Assembly (NCBI RefSeq): GCF_000341395.1
Contig: NC_020304.1
Location: 1,920,001-1,952,000 of the forward strand
DNA from: Desulfocapsa sulfexigens DSM 10523
GTDB taxonomy: Bacteria > Desulfobacterota > Desulfobulbia > Desulfobulbales > Desulfocapsaceae
Direction of reading: 5' to 3'
Length of the DNA: 32,000 bases
Under the pieces are notes generated by a model. That model was not told the DNA's origin, did not search any database, and worked only from the letters and a program-made list of their open reading frames with translations. Both the position numbers and the translations under genes were made by a program. Of the stretch, positions 7,324 to 17,093 are shown piece by piece. Within the stretch, counting starts at the first letter, position 1; each line of letters starts with the position of its first letter.

Positions 7324-8766
7324 GTGGCCATGAATATAGAGACATATCTGGAAGTTTTGAGAAAAGAGGTGGCAAACTACCAGGTACCGGTTGTGGATTT
7401 GATTGCGGTACAGACTAAAGATCCTTTCAAAGTACTGGTTGCGACAATTCTTTCAGCAAGAACCAAGGACGAGGTGACTGCTGAGGCGTCTGAGCGACTT
7501 TTTAAGCAGGGAGGGACCGTTGAGGATCTGGCAAAAATTGATGTAGCAACTCTTGAAAAGATTATTTTTCCGGTGGGTTTTTATAAAAATAAGGCAAAGT
7601 ATCTTGCTGCCCTGCCAGATAAGCTGGCGGCTGATTTTGGCTCAAAGGTACCGAATACCATGGAGGGATTGTTAACCCTACCCGGGGTGGGCAGAAAAAC
7701 TGCCAATCTTGTGCTTGCCCAGGCTTTCGGAATTCCAGCAATCTGCGTGGATACTCATGTACACAGAATTATGAATATATGGGGATATGTTGAGACTAAA
7801 ACGCCCGAGCAGACCGAAATGGCCCTCCGTAAAAAACTACCTGAAAAATACTGGATACTGGTAAACTCCCTACTGGTAGCCTTTGGTCAGGGAACCTGCA
7901 GACCTGTGGGGCCTCACTGTGATCGGTGTGTACTCGCTGAAAGCTGTTTGCGTCGTGGGGTGAAACCAAGGAAACCCAGGAAAACCGGCAAAAGCAACGA
8001 GGTGCTTCGTCTTGTTTCCTGGAATGTGAACGGATTACGGGCAGTGTTTAAGAAAGGGTTTATGGAGAGCCTGGTGGAGATGGCCCCGGATGTCCTCGGT
8101 TTGCAGGAAATCAAGGCAACGGTTGAGCAGCTACCGACGGAACTGCAGAGTCTTCCAGGGTATCATAGTTTTTTCTACAGTGCTGATCGTAAGGGCTATT
8201 CAGGAGTTGTAACCTACACTAAAGAAAAACCCGAGAATGTTATAAGGGGGATTGGTGATAGCCGTTTTGACTCGGAAGGGCGGGTGTTAACTCTTGAATT
8301 TTCTAACTACTTTTTTATCAATTGTTATTTCCCAAATTCCAAACATGATTTAAGCAGGTTGGATTTTAAACATGATTTTAATGTGCGTCTTCAGGAGTTT
8401 GCAGAGGAGCTGGCTGTCATAAAATCGGTGGTGATTTGTGGGGACTTTAATGTGGCACATAAAGAGATTGATCTTGCCAATCCTCGTCAAAACCGGAAAA
8501 ATGCAGGATTTACTCCAGAAGAGTGTGCGTGGATGGACGATTTTACTGCTGCCGGGTGGATTGATAGTTTTCGTATGAAAAATAAAGAACCTGATCAGTA
8601 CTCGTGGTGGAGCTATCGGAGTCGCGCCCGGGAACGAAATATTGGCTGGAGAATTGATTATCACTGTGTGGACAAGAAAAGCAGGAAAAGAATTGTGGAT
8701 GTAGATATCCTGCAACATATACATGGGTCCGATCACTGTCCAGTTGTACTTGATTTCACCCGCTAA
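7324..8766 (+). CDS. Fusion protein: endonuclease III (Nth) + exodeoxyribonuclease III (Xth/ExoA)
   Basis: N-terminal Nth: HhH GLLTLPGVGRKTANLVL, VDTHVHRI with catalytic Asp, C-x6-C-x2-C-x5-C Fe-S loop (CRPVGPHCDRCVLAESC). C-terminal Xth: VSWNVNGLRA, LGLQEIKA, VVICGDFNVAHKEIDLANP, WRIDYH, GSDHCPVVLDF. Single reading frame, no internal stop. Confidence 0.95.
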   Translation: MAMNIETYLEVLRKEVANYQVPVVDLIAVQTKDPFKVLVATILSARTKDEVTAEASERLFKQGGTVEDLAKIDVATLEKIIFPVGFYKNKAKYLAALPDKLAADFGSKVPNTMEGLLTLPGVGRKTANLVLAQAFGIPAICVDTHVHRIMNIWGYVETKTPEQTEMALRKKLPEKYWILVNSLLVAFGQGTCRPVGPHCDRCVLAESCLRRGVKPRKPRKTGKSNEVLRLVSWNVNGLRAVFKKGFMESLVEMAPDVLGLQEIKATVEQLPTELQSLPGYHSFFYSADRKGYSGVVTYTKEKPENVIRGIGDSRFDSEGRVLTLEFSNYFFINCYFPNSKHDLSRLDFKHDFNVRLQEFAEELAVIKSVVICGDFNVAHKEIDLANPRQNRKNAGFTPEECAWMDDFTAAGWIDSFRMKNKEPDQYSWWSYRSRARERNIGWRIDYHCVDKKSRKRIVDVDILQHIHGSDHCPVVLDFTR

Positions 8767-8820
8767 TTCAGATAGATTTAATGTTAGTGAAATGACTGGA
8801 AGTTTTACAATGGAGGGACA

Positions 8821-9489
8821 ATGGCCACAACGCGCTCGCAGTACACCATACTCCTGGCTGATGATCATGCTCTGATACGTCATGGCATCAGAAATCTCAT
8901 CAGTAATAACCCCGCCCTGAAAGTTGTCGGTGAGGTTAGCGATGGCGAAGAGTTGCTGGAATTTTTAAAGACTACTCAGCCCGAGCTCTTGATTCTTGAT
9001 ATTTCCATGCCAAAACTCACGGGAATTGAGGCTGTGAGTAGGGTTAAAAAATTATATCCAGACATTAAGATTCTGATGCTGACCATGCATAAGAATAAAC
9101 AGTACTTTTATCACGCCATGTCTGCAGGGGCCGATGGCTATCTGATGAAAGAAGATTCAGATGAGGAACTGCTCCTTGCTATTAAACGAGTTCAGGACGG
9201 AAAATCCTACCTGTCCCCTTTCCTCTCTCAGGACTTTGCCGACGATGTGATATCTGCATATCGCAATAATAAGAGTTCTCCTTTTGAAACTCTCACTAGT
9301 AGAGAACGGGAAGTTCTTAATCTGGTCGTTGAAGGGCATACCAGTAAAGTTATGGCAACTATGCTCTGTTTAAGTCCGAGGACAATTGACCATCATCGAG
9401 CTAATTTGCTCAGGAAATTTGATATGAAGAATAGCGTCGATCTGGTCAACTTTGCTGTGCGTAACGGTTTTGTGACCCCGGGTGACTGA
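8821..9489 (+). CDS. NarL/LuxR-family response regulator
   Basis: Receiver YTILLADDHALIRHGIR...LLILDISMPKLTG with intact phosphoacceptor Asp; LuxR HTH LTSREREVLNLVVEGHTSKVMATMLCLSPRTIDHHRANLLRKF. Confidence 0.93.
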   Translation: MATTRSQYTILLADDHALIRHGIRNLISNNPALKVVGEVSDGEELLEFLKTTQPELLILDISMPKLTGIEAVSRVKKLYPDIKILMLTMHKNKQYFYHAMSAGADGYLMKEDSDEELLLAIKRVQDGKSYLSPFLSQDFADDVISAYRNNKSSPFETLTSREREVLNLVVEGHTSKVMATMLCLSPRTIDHHRANLLRKFDMKNSVDLVNFAVRNGFVTPGD

Positions 9490-9534
9490 GCTGGTAGTAC
9501 TCATTTGCTTTCTCATAAGTACGAAAAAAATGTT

Positions 9535-9864
9535 TCAGATAATATCGTCAACAATAATCGTTTCTTTGCCGAGGCTTTGGCGTATCTGCTGGCGCTGTCG
9601 AAGTTTGACTTGAGCATCATGTGGAAGCTCCGTCAACATGATGATATTTTTATTTACCAGCAAATTGATGAGGTCTTCTAATACTCGCATTCCCCCTACA
9701 TCTGTTGATGCAAGGAGACGAATCAAGGAGTCGTTTGTTTTTTCATCTATTAGAAACTCGATAATTTCATCATCCACCGCTTCTTTCAGTTCCATTTCTG
9801 CTGTGTCGGCTTCACGTCGTATCGCAACGATTTTTCCTTTTTTACCTCTTTCCACATAAAACAT
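9535..9864 (-). CDS. Conserved small protein of unknown function
   Basis: 109-aa ORF MFYVERGKKGKIVAIRREAD...; placed between the regulator and the lap secretion genes. Confidence 0.65.
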   Translation of the reverse strand: MFYVERGKKGKIVAIRREADTAEMELKEAVDDEIIEFLIDEKTNDSLIRLLASTDVGGMRVLEDLINLLVNKNIIMLTELPHDAQVKLRQRQQIRQSLGKETIIVDDII

Positions 9865-10171
9865 CTTAGCACTCCTTTGTACCCGGATAGTCTACCATCA
9901 AAGCCGGTGGGTGACTGAAGCTAGATGGATTTCATCCCTTGCATTACCCTCTGCTCATGTTATCCCGAACAGAGTTACTTAGAAGAAAAAATGTATTGTG
10001 ATATTTTATAGTCGATATATTTGACGCTTCAAACTCTATTATGATACCATATCATATTATTGTTAGGTGAAAAAAAGACAGTCTTGATCTGTTTGTTTTT
10101 GACGATATGCTATTGTCATAGGGGTTACCTAATCACACATATATACCGTTTTAGAGATTTTATGGATATAA

Positions 10172-12340
10172 ATGACTGAACAGGAAAAATCGAATAATCC
10201 AGAAGAATGGCATATCATAGATGATAGTGACAACCAGGATGATCCCCTTCTTGACTGCCTTGAAATTCTGGCCAAAATATATGACCGTCCTATCTCCAGA
10301 ACGGTATTGCGTGCTGGATTGCCCCTTGTCCATAATCGGTTGACGGTCGAACTTGTTTCACGGGCCACACGTCGAGCCGGTCTTTCCTCACGACTTCTCA
10401 AACGTCCTCTTGATCAGTTTAACACGCATGAATTACCCGCTATAGTGTTGCTGGATAATCGACGTGCCTGTGTAGTAATTAAAGCAGATTCAAGCGATGG
10501 CACTCTGGAAGTAATATGGCCGGAAAGTCAGGGGAGCCAGATTGTGTCCTGTGAAGAACTGGCTGACACATATACGGGATATTCAATTTTTGTCAAACCC
10601 AAATATCGTATTGACGATCGGGGAGTGAGTCATCCAAGGGATCGATCAAAAAACTGGTTCTGGGGGACTGTGCTGACTTCATGGCGGATTTACAGAGATG
10701 TCATTATCGCCTCCTTTCTGATTAATATTTTCGCTCTTGCTACCCCGTTTTTCTTGATCAATGCCTATGATAGAATCATTCCCAATCTCGCTTTTGAAAC
10801 ACTGTGGGTTCTTTCCGCCGGAGTTGCAGCTATTTATTTCTTTGAACTTATCCTGCGAGGATTACGCGCTTATTTTATTGATATGGCAGGAAAAAAATCC
10901 AACCTTGTTTTGTCGTCAATTCTGATGGAAAAAGTGTTCGGTCTTCGTCTGGAGGCTCGCCCGAAGTCCATTGGTTCGTTTACCAAGCAACTTCAGCAGT
11001 TTGAAAGCATACGGGATTTTATTACATCCTTTTCCATTACCGCCCTGGTAGACCTTCCCTTTGCCTTTCTCGCACTCTTGGCTCTCTGGTATGTTGGTGG
11101 ACGTCTGGTGTTGGTTAGTGTCGTATGTATTGTACTTATTCTCATTTATGCATTTATTGTCCAGAGCCCTTTGAGAAAGTCCGTTGGGAAAACCCATAAT
11201 GCAGAGTCCCAAAAAAATGCCATACTCGTAGAGGGCCTGTCAGGCATTGAAACCATAAAAATTTTAGGGGCCGAAAGTAAGATCCAGCGTGCCTGGGAAG
11301 ATTCTGTGAGTTTTATAGCCACCTGGAGTGCACGTACCCGATTTCTCTCCGCGTCAGTCGGGCATGTCGCCCATTTCCTCCAGAATCTCTCTCTCGTTGC
11401 GATTATTATCTTCAGTGTCTATATGATCTCTTGGGGGGAAATGACCGGTGGAGGCCTTTTTGCCTGTATATTTCTCACTCGGCGTGCAACCTCGCCAATG
11501 ACACAGGTCGTGAGTCTGATGACTCGTTTTCATCAAGCACGAAATTCTCTTCAGACTCTGAATAAAATAATGGAACTTCCGTCTGAGCGTCCTACAGAAA
11601 AAGTATTTTTACACCGGACGAGTTTCAACGGTGCCTTAACCCTCGAGAACCTTTCTTTTACCTATCCCGGCGACTCAACGGAAGTGCTGAGAAATATTAA
11701 TTTGCAGATCAACCCTGGCGAGAAAGTAGGCATTATCGGCCCTATTGGTTCCGGCAAGACAACCCTTGGCAAACTCATTCTTGGACTCTATGAACCAAGC
11801 AAAGGAATGGTTGCAATGGATGGTACCGATATCCGACAGATTGATCCAGCAGAACTGCGGAATTTTATCGGCTATGTCTCGCAGGATGTAGTCCTTTTTA
11901 AGGGGAGTGTGCGTGATAATATCGTTCTCGGGACCAGCGATATTGATGACTCAACGGTCCTGCGTGCTGCCAAGATAGCTGGTGTGAGCAACTTTGTGGA
12001 AAAGAATCCGAAGGGTTATGATATGCCGGTGGAAGAGCAGGGGCGCAATCTTTCCGGCGGGCAAAGGCAAGCCATAGCTATAGCCAGAGCGATTCTTCTT
12101 GATCCCCCTGTTTTGCTCATGGATGAACCAACCAGCTCGATGGATAATAGAAGTGAATCAATGATACGGGATAATATGTTGGAGATTTTGCAGAATAAAA
12201 CGACAATCATTATAACGCATCGCATATCATTATTGGAAATCGTTGACAGAATTGTAGTGATCAGCAATGAAACAATTGTGGCTGATGGAACCAAGCAGCA
12301 TATTCTGGAGGCTCTGAAAAACGGCCAATTGTTGATATGA
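10172..12340 (+). CDS. lapB: Type I secretion ATPase/permease with C39-like domain (LapB-like)
   Basis: N-terminal C39-like domain, ABC transmembrane region, Walker A GPIGSGKTT, signature LSGGQRQ, Walker B VLLMDEPTSSMD. Confidence 0.92.
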   Translation: MTEQEKSNNPEEWHIIDDSDNQDDPLLDCLEILAKIYDRPISRTVLRAGLPLVHNRLTVELVSRATRRAGLSSRLLKRPLDQFNTHELPAIVLLDNRRACVVIKADSSDGTLEVIWPESQGSQIVSCEELADTYTGYSIFVKPKYRIDDRGVSHPRDRSKNWFWGTVLTSWRIYRDVIIASFLINIFALATPFFLINAYDRIIPNLAFETLWVLSAGVAAIYFFELILRGLRAYFIDMAGKKSNLVLSSILMEKVFGLRLEARPKSIGSFTKQLQQFESIRDFITSFSITALVDLPFAFLALLALWYVGGRLVLVSVVCIVLILIYAFIVQSPLRKSVGKTHNAESQKNAILVEGLSGIETIKILGAESKIQRAWEDSVSFIATWSARTRFLSASVGHVAHFLQNLSLVAIIIFSVYMISWGEMTGGGLFACIFLTRRATSPMTQVVSLMTRFHQARNSLQTLNKIMELPSERPTEKVFLHRTSFNGALTLENLSFTYPGDSTEVLRNINLQINPGEKVGIIGPIGSGKTTLGKLILGLYEPSKGMVAMDGTDIRQIDPAELRNFIGYVSQDVVLFKGSVRDNIVLGTSDIDDSTVLRAAKIAGVSNFVEKNPKGYDMPVEEQGRNLSGGQRQAIAIARAILLDPPVLLMDEPTSSMDNRSESMIRDNMLEILQNKTTIIITHRISLLEIVDRIVVISNETIVADGTKQHILEALKNGQLLI

Positions 12341-13746
12341 AAGAAAATTCTGAGATCTCAAAAAATCTGAAGACTTCTCACGGCAGGACCCCTCGCTCGG
12401 TGGAAAAGCAGAAAAAAGGCTTCTTTTTTCAACAACAGAACTCCGATGTTGATTTAATAACCGACATCCGCATGTCGCTCCTGGCTCAGTCTCCACGAGG
12501 TGGCAGTATTATCCTCTGGATAATAGTCATCGTGTTTTTTTGTGCTGTGGCCTGGGCATATGTGGCGGAAGTAGAGGAGGTAACCAGAGCAAGCGGAAGA
12601 GTTGTGCCTGCAAGGCAACTGCAGATCGTACAGAATCTTGAGGGCGGAATTCTCTCCGAGATTCTGGTGAATGTCGGTGATGTGGTGAAACAAGGTCAGC
12701 TCTTACTCCGTATTGACGAAAAGCGTTTTTCCGGACCGTACCGGGAAAGTCGATTTAATTATCTTGCGCTCAAAGCCCAGGTTGCACGATTACAGTCCGA
12801 GACATACTCCACACCGTTTGTGCTCCCGGAGGAAGTGATGGCTGAAAATCCTGAGGTAGGTAACCGGGAAAAGGAGTTATTTGAGTCACGAAAAAAGGAA
12901 CTTGCCCAAACGCTAGGGGTGCTGGAGGAACAAAGTCGGCAACGTGAACAGGAAATCGTTGAACTTGAGGCTAAGATTGCTGAGCTGTCACGGACGCGCT
13001 ATCTGCTTAAAAAGGAAATTAACATGACCCAACCTTTGGTAAAAGGTGGGGCTGTTTCGGAGGTGGAATTCCTGCGCCTGCAGCGTCAGGACAGTGAGAT
13101 GCAGGGAGATATCATGGCTTCACAGCTCGCTCTTCCCAGAGCAAAGTCGAGACTTCTGGAGGCGCAGAAAGGAATAACTGAGGCAAAGCTCAGGTTCTCC
13201 AATAACGCCAAAAAGGAACTCAATGATGCCTATGCAAAACTTGAGGGACTTTCAGCTACCACCGTTGCCTTGGCCGATCGTCTGGACAGGACGGCTGTAG
13301 TCTCACCTGTCAGGGGAATAGTGAATCAAATTTTTATTAATACTGTTGGTGGTGTCATTCAACCGGGTATGAACTTGATTGAAATTGTTCCATTGGAGGA
13401 TACTCTTCTGGTGGAAGCGAAGATCAAACCCTCGGATATCGCCTTTCTTAGCCCTAACCTGAAGGCCACTGTAAAGTTCACAGCCTATGATTTTACACTG
13501 TATGGTGGACTCGAAGCGAAAGTTGAGCATATCAGTGCTGATAGTATCGTCGATAAACAGGGAAACAGCTACTATCTGGTAAATGTCCGCACAACAAAAA
13601 ATTATCTTGGAACTAAAAATGCCCCCTTACCTATTATTCCCGGAATGGTGGCCTCTGTTGATATTCTGACCGGAAAAAAACGCGTCCTTACCTATTTGAT
13701 GAGGCCAATTCTTCGTGCTCAGAGCTTAGCTCTACGTGAGAGGTGA
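12337..13746 (+). CDS. lapC: HlyD-family membrane fusion protein (LapC-like)
   Basis: Overlaps lapB by 4 nt; single TM, AEVEEVTRASGRVVPARQLQIVQNLEGGILSEILVNVGDVVKQGQLLLRID and PGMVASVDILTGKKRVLTYLMRPI. Confidence 0.93.
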   Translation: MKENSEISKNLKTSHGRTPRSVEKQKKGFFFQQQNSDVDLITDIRMSLLAQSPRGGSIILWIIVIVFFCAVAWAYVAEVEEVTRASGRVVPARQLQIVQNLEGGILSEILVNVGDVVKQGQLLLRIDEKRFSGPYRESRFNYLALKAQVARLQSETYSTPFVLPEEVMAENPEVGNREKELFESRKKELAQTLGVLEEQSRQREQEIVELEAKIAELSRTRYLLKKEINMTQPLVKGGAVSEVEFLRLQRQDSEMQGDIMASQLALPRAKSRLLEAQKGITEAKLRFSNNAKKELNDAYAKLEGLSATTVALADRLDRTAVVSPVRGIVNQIFINTVGGVIQPGMNLIEIVPLEDTLLVEAKIKPSDIAFLSPNLKATVKFTAYDFTLYGGLEAKVEHISADSIVDKQGNSYYLVNVRTTKNYLGTKNAPLPIIPGMVASVDILTGKKRVLTYLMRPILRAQSLALRER

Positions 13747-13869
13747 TTTGTCAACACAGGAAAGACCTGAACTCAGGGTAGGTGGATATATATAACGTAG
13801 CCAGCAGTTACTTGATGTCTTCAACTTTGCCGAAATGTACAATAGCAAATTCTACGTAAGAGGTACTTT

Positions 13870-14478
13870 ATGACAATCGTGACCTGCAGTGCAAACGCAT
13901 CAACGCGAGAACGGTGGAGACAGATATTGCAGGGTGACCATCAGTTATTTGAGGTCTCTACCGTGGCGGAACTGAAAGACGTTGTTAAACATCAAGAGAT
14001 AGAACTCATACTTCTTCACCGCTCTATGGTTGATATGAATCTTATCTCCAGTATAACGGAATCACGATGTTTTGTCCTCTCTGATATCCCGGATGATAAT
14101 GAGGCAGTTCTGTTGCTCAAATCCGGTGCTGTGGGGTATGCGAATACGTATGTTTCTCCAGTTCGTCTTAAAGAGGCTGTTAATACAGCCATCAGCGGAA
14201 GGGTCTGGGTCGGGCAGAAACTGATGCAGAAAATCATTCGAGGCACCACTCAAGATATTGACCCAAAAAGTACGGAACCCCCTCCTGAACATAAACTTTC
14301 AGGCCGTGAATGGGAGGTTGCTTTGTTGGTCGGTCAAGGTATGTCAAATCTTGAAATCGCCGCCGAGTTGAATATCTCTGAGAGCACGGTGAAAGCACAT
14401 ATCGGCTCTATTTTTAAGAAAACAAATACCGAAAGCCGATTACAACTGGCACTGTATGTCAAGACACAAACTACCTAG
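13870..14478 (+). CDS. LuxR-family regulator with degenerate receiver
   Basis: C-terminal HTH LSGREWEVALLVGQGMSNLEIAAELNISESTVKAHIGSIFKK. The N-terminal receiver has ELILLHRSM where a phosphoacceptor Asp is expected. Confidence 0.88.
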   Translation: MTIVTCSANASTRERWRQILQGDHQLFEVSTVAELKDVVKHQEIELILLHRSMVDMNLISSITESRCFVLSDIPDDNEAVLLLKSGAVGYANTYVSPVRLKEAVNTAISGRVWVGQKLMQKIIRGTTQDIDPKSTEPPPEHKLSGREWEVALLVGQGMSNLEIAAELNISESTVKAHIGSIFKKTNTESRLQLALYVKTQTT

Positions 14479-14562
14479 GCTGCCCGTACCACAAGAGCCG
14501 TAGCATTTAATTTCGTAACGGCCTCTCTGGTAACGTATATTCTTTTTAGTCACTGGGAATTC

Positions 14563-16929
14563 ATGGGAATTACTACCTATCTTTTTCACAAATCGAATGG
14601 TTTGGAAAAACAGAGATTTAATATGTTTTTCCTGGATATGGGAGAAAATATCCATTTCCATTACCGGGACCTTAGAATTGAGCTTTCTGTTGGCGAATTC
14701 AAGGAACTGGCAGAACTCTTCAAACTCTACTCCCAGGATGTCCTCAATGAAATTGAGGCAGGATATAAAGATGGTGTTCTGGCGAATACAAATGAGGCTG
14801 GTACGCTCAAGACCTTTTGGGACAAGGAGAAAAAACTTACTTTTCCTGTGAAGTATAATGAACAGCAACTGGCCATTGAAGAGACCAAAGATGGTTTTCA
14901 TCTCCATATTAGAAACTATAAAATTCTCATGGGGAAAGACTCCTTTATTCTCCTTGTAAAGGCTATTGCTCCGATTTCTTCATTGTTGGAAAGTAATGAT
15001 CTGAAACGGGACCCTGTTCAATTGCTGGCAGAAAACGAACTTGGCACAAAACTAATTTCACGATTTCAGACAGAAGGACATGAGGAAATCGTAATTGAGG
15101 TTGATAAAACCTACCGTAACAAAGCAGGGCAGGTGCTTAAGGCGCTTGGCTTTATTCAAGGAGTGGTAGAAAATAGTAGGGTGGCATATAACAAAGACAG
15201 TTCAACTGTTGTTCTTGTACCTCCCGGTTACGCCCCACAAGCTGCCGATATGGTCAGCACCGATACGTCGCTGGATCTGCCGGCTTTTCTCGCCAGGTAT
15301 GGACATGACCTTGATACCACGGATCTTAATCAGCTTAAGCTTAAGATTCTCTCACTCTTGAAAATGGCCGAACAAGGTGGCATCAGACCTTTTCGTTTGC
15401 AGGATCTGTATATCAACAGAAGCTCGCTCAATCCGGCTGTTGATCTCTTTTGTCGCCTTGAGGGTATTGATCCCAAACAGGAAATTGATTCATTTAATAA
15501 ATTGCTCGGTACAAATAAATTATTCATGATCAAACCAGAAAAGGAGCTCTTTCCCCCCGAGAAGCAGGATCAGATTTTCGATGCTTTTTTTGACTTTGTT
15601 ATGCAAAAGCTTGCTCCTCATGAATGTGTGCGCAAAATATATGTCCTGGGTTCCTCAACGAATCGTCGATCCGGTTGTTATAAGGTACCCTTTGTTCATT
15701 TTGACTGGGCAAAGATCAACTCGGATTTTGACATCTATATCGAGCTGGATCCGGATTATGAGGGTACTCTTCCTGAGGAATGGGACAAGAAGTTTTATTG
15801 GGATCGTGCTGGTTGCGATTATTACCATTTTGGTGATGTCGGTGATGGAATGATATCTGAGTATGCTCAACGATATCCTGGTATCCGCTTTTATGAGCAG
15901 CTTGTTGAAGGCTATCTGTTTCATCCCTCGACAGGTGACAAATCCAAAAAGGATAAGTGGTTTGGTGAAGTAAAAGCTCGTTGTATTTTCTCACGAGACA
16001 GGATTGCCGAATGGGTGAATCAGAACTATGAAATCACAGTTCATGAGACGGAGCGGTTTAATGTAGCATCATTTAACCGAGTCTATCATATTTTTTCTCC
16101 TTCGGAAGAATATGTTCTAAAAGTATATGATTCCAAATACCTGAATAAGAAAAATAAAAAGAAGATCGCCTACGAGATTGGTGTTTTGGATTCATTGAAA
16201 GAGTCTGGTCTGGAAGTTGCTCTTCCGTTGAAAAATAAAGCAGGAAAATATATCAGTCAAAAAGATAAGGAGCAGGCAGTGCTCTTTACTTTTGTTCCTG
16301 GTAAATATGTGGCGAAACCGACTCTGGAAGAGAATATGCTTGCCGGGAATTTGCTGGCGCGTTTCCATAATGAGGCGAAGCGTTATAAAACAAAGTATGC
16401 GAAAGTGTACAGCAACAAACAGCTCCTCTTTTACTGGCTCGATTCCTGGCAGGAATACCATGATCAGGGAGGAATCGTAGGAACTGATATCTCTCTGGAT
16501 ATTCCGTACTACACTAAACGTCTGCGAAATTTCAATACTTTCCCGACTCACTGTCATGGCGATTTATCCATTATTAATTATCTCTTTCGCGATGGAAAAT
16601 GCTGGCTGATCGATTTCCAGAGTGTCGGTTATGGACCTGCTCTCATCGATTTGGCAAACGGAATGGTTGAATTTTCTGCCCAGAAAAGGGACTTTTATAT
16701 GGAGAATCTTGAATCCTTCAAAAAGGGTTATGAGAATGTTCGAAAACTATCACGCGCAGAGAACGATTTCCTTACTGATCTTTTAGTCATCCAAATTGCC
16801 GTCAGGCAGGCAAAGCTGTTACGTTTACACTATGGAGGGTTTGGCTATGAATTGAAAGAAGACAGGATCCTTGGATTGCGAATGGGTATCGAAAAATTAC
16901 TAGCTTTGACCGACTCTTGTGGGGAATGA
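14563..16929 (+). CDS. Multidomain protein: uncharacterised N-terminus + nucleotidyltransferase-like domain + APH/choline-kinase-like phosphotransferase
   Basis: GSSTNRRS...INSDFDIYIELD (Pol-beta NTase GS...DxD pattern); FNVASFNRVYHIFSPSEEYVLKVYD...THCHGDLSIINYLFRDGKCWLIDFQ (APH catalytic and metal motifs). Confidence 0.75.
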   Translation: MGITTYLFHKSNGLEKQRFNMFFLDMGENIHFHYRDLRIELSVGEFKELAELFKLYSQDVLNEIEAGYKDGVLANTNEAGTLKTFWDKEKKLTFPVKYNEQQLAIEETKDGFHLHIRNYKILMGKDSFILLVKAIAPISSLLESNDLKRDPVQLLAENELGTKLISRFQTEGHEEIVIEVDKTYRNKAGQVLKALGFIQGVVENSRVAYNKDSSTVVLVPPGYAPQAADMVSTDTSLDLPAFLARYGHDLDTTDLNQLKLKILSLLKMAEQGGIRPFRLQDLYINRSSLNPAVDLFCRLEGIDPKQEIDSFNKLLGTNKLFMIKPEKELFPPEKQDQIFDAFFDFVMQKLAPHECVRKIYVLGSSTNRRSGCYKVPFVHFDWAKINSDFDIYIELDPDYEGTLPEEWDKKFYWDRAGCDYYHFGDVGDGMISEYAQRYPGIRFYEQLVEGYLFHPSTGDKSKKDKWFGEVKARCIFSRDRIAEWVNQNYEITVHETERFNVASFNRVYHIFSPSEEYVLKVYDSKYLNKKNKKKIAYEIGVLDSLKESGLEVALPLKNKAGKYISQKDKEQAVLFTFVPGKYVAKPTLEENMLAGNLLARFHNEAKRYKTKYAKVYSNKQLLFYWLDSWQEYHDQGGIVGTDISLDIPYYTKRLRNFNTFPTHCHGDLSIINYLFRDGKCWLIDFQSVGYGPALIDLANGMVEFSAQKRDFYMENLESFKKGYENVRKLSRAENDFLTDLLVIQIAVRQAKLLRLHYGGFGYELKEDRILGLRMGIEKLLALTDSCGE

Positions 16930-17093
16930 AGTATCTGAATGGAGATATTCTTTTTATTGTTGTTTGCGTCCTGGGAACGTATTGGAATATTGAATAATGG
17001 CGTGACTGCCCGATTAAAAGATACAGAAAGTATTCAACATTCGGCCAGTCTGTTATCGAGATTGTGCCAACGTGGAGTAGAGGTGTAGATCCA

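Noticed and set aside
15330-15924. Alternative-frame ORFs inside 14563..16929
   Set aside because: Nested in a long frame with recognisable NTase and APH motifs; no domains of their own.
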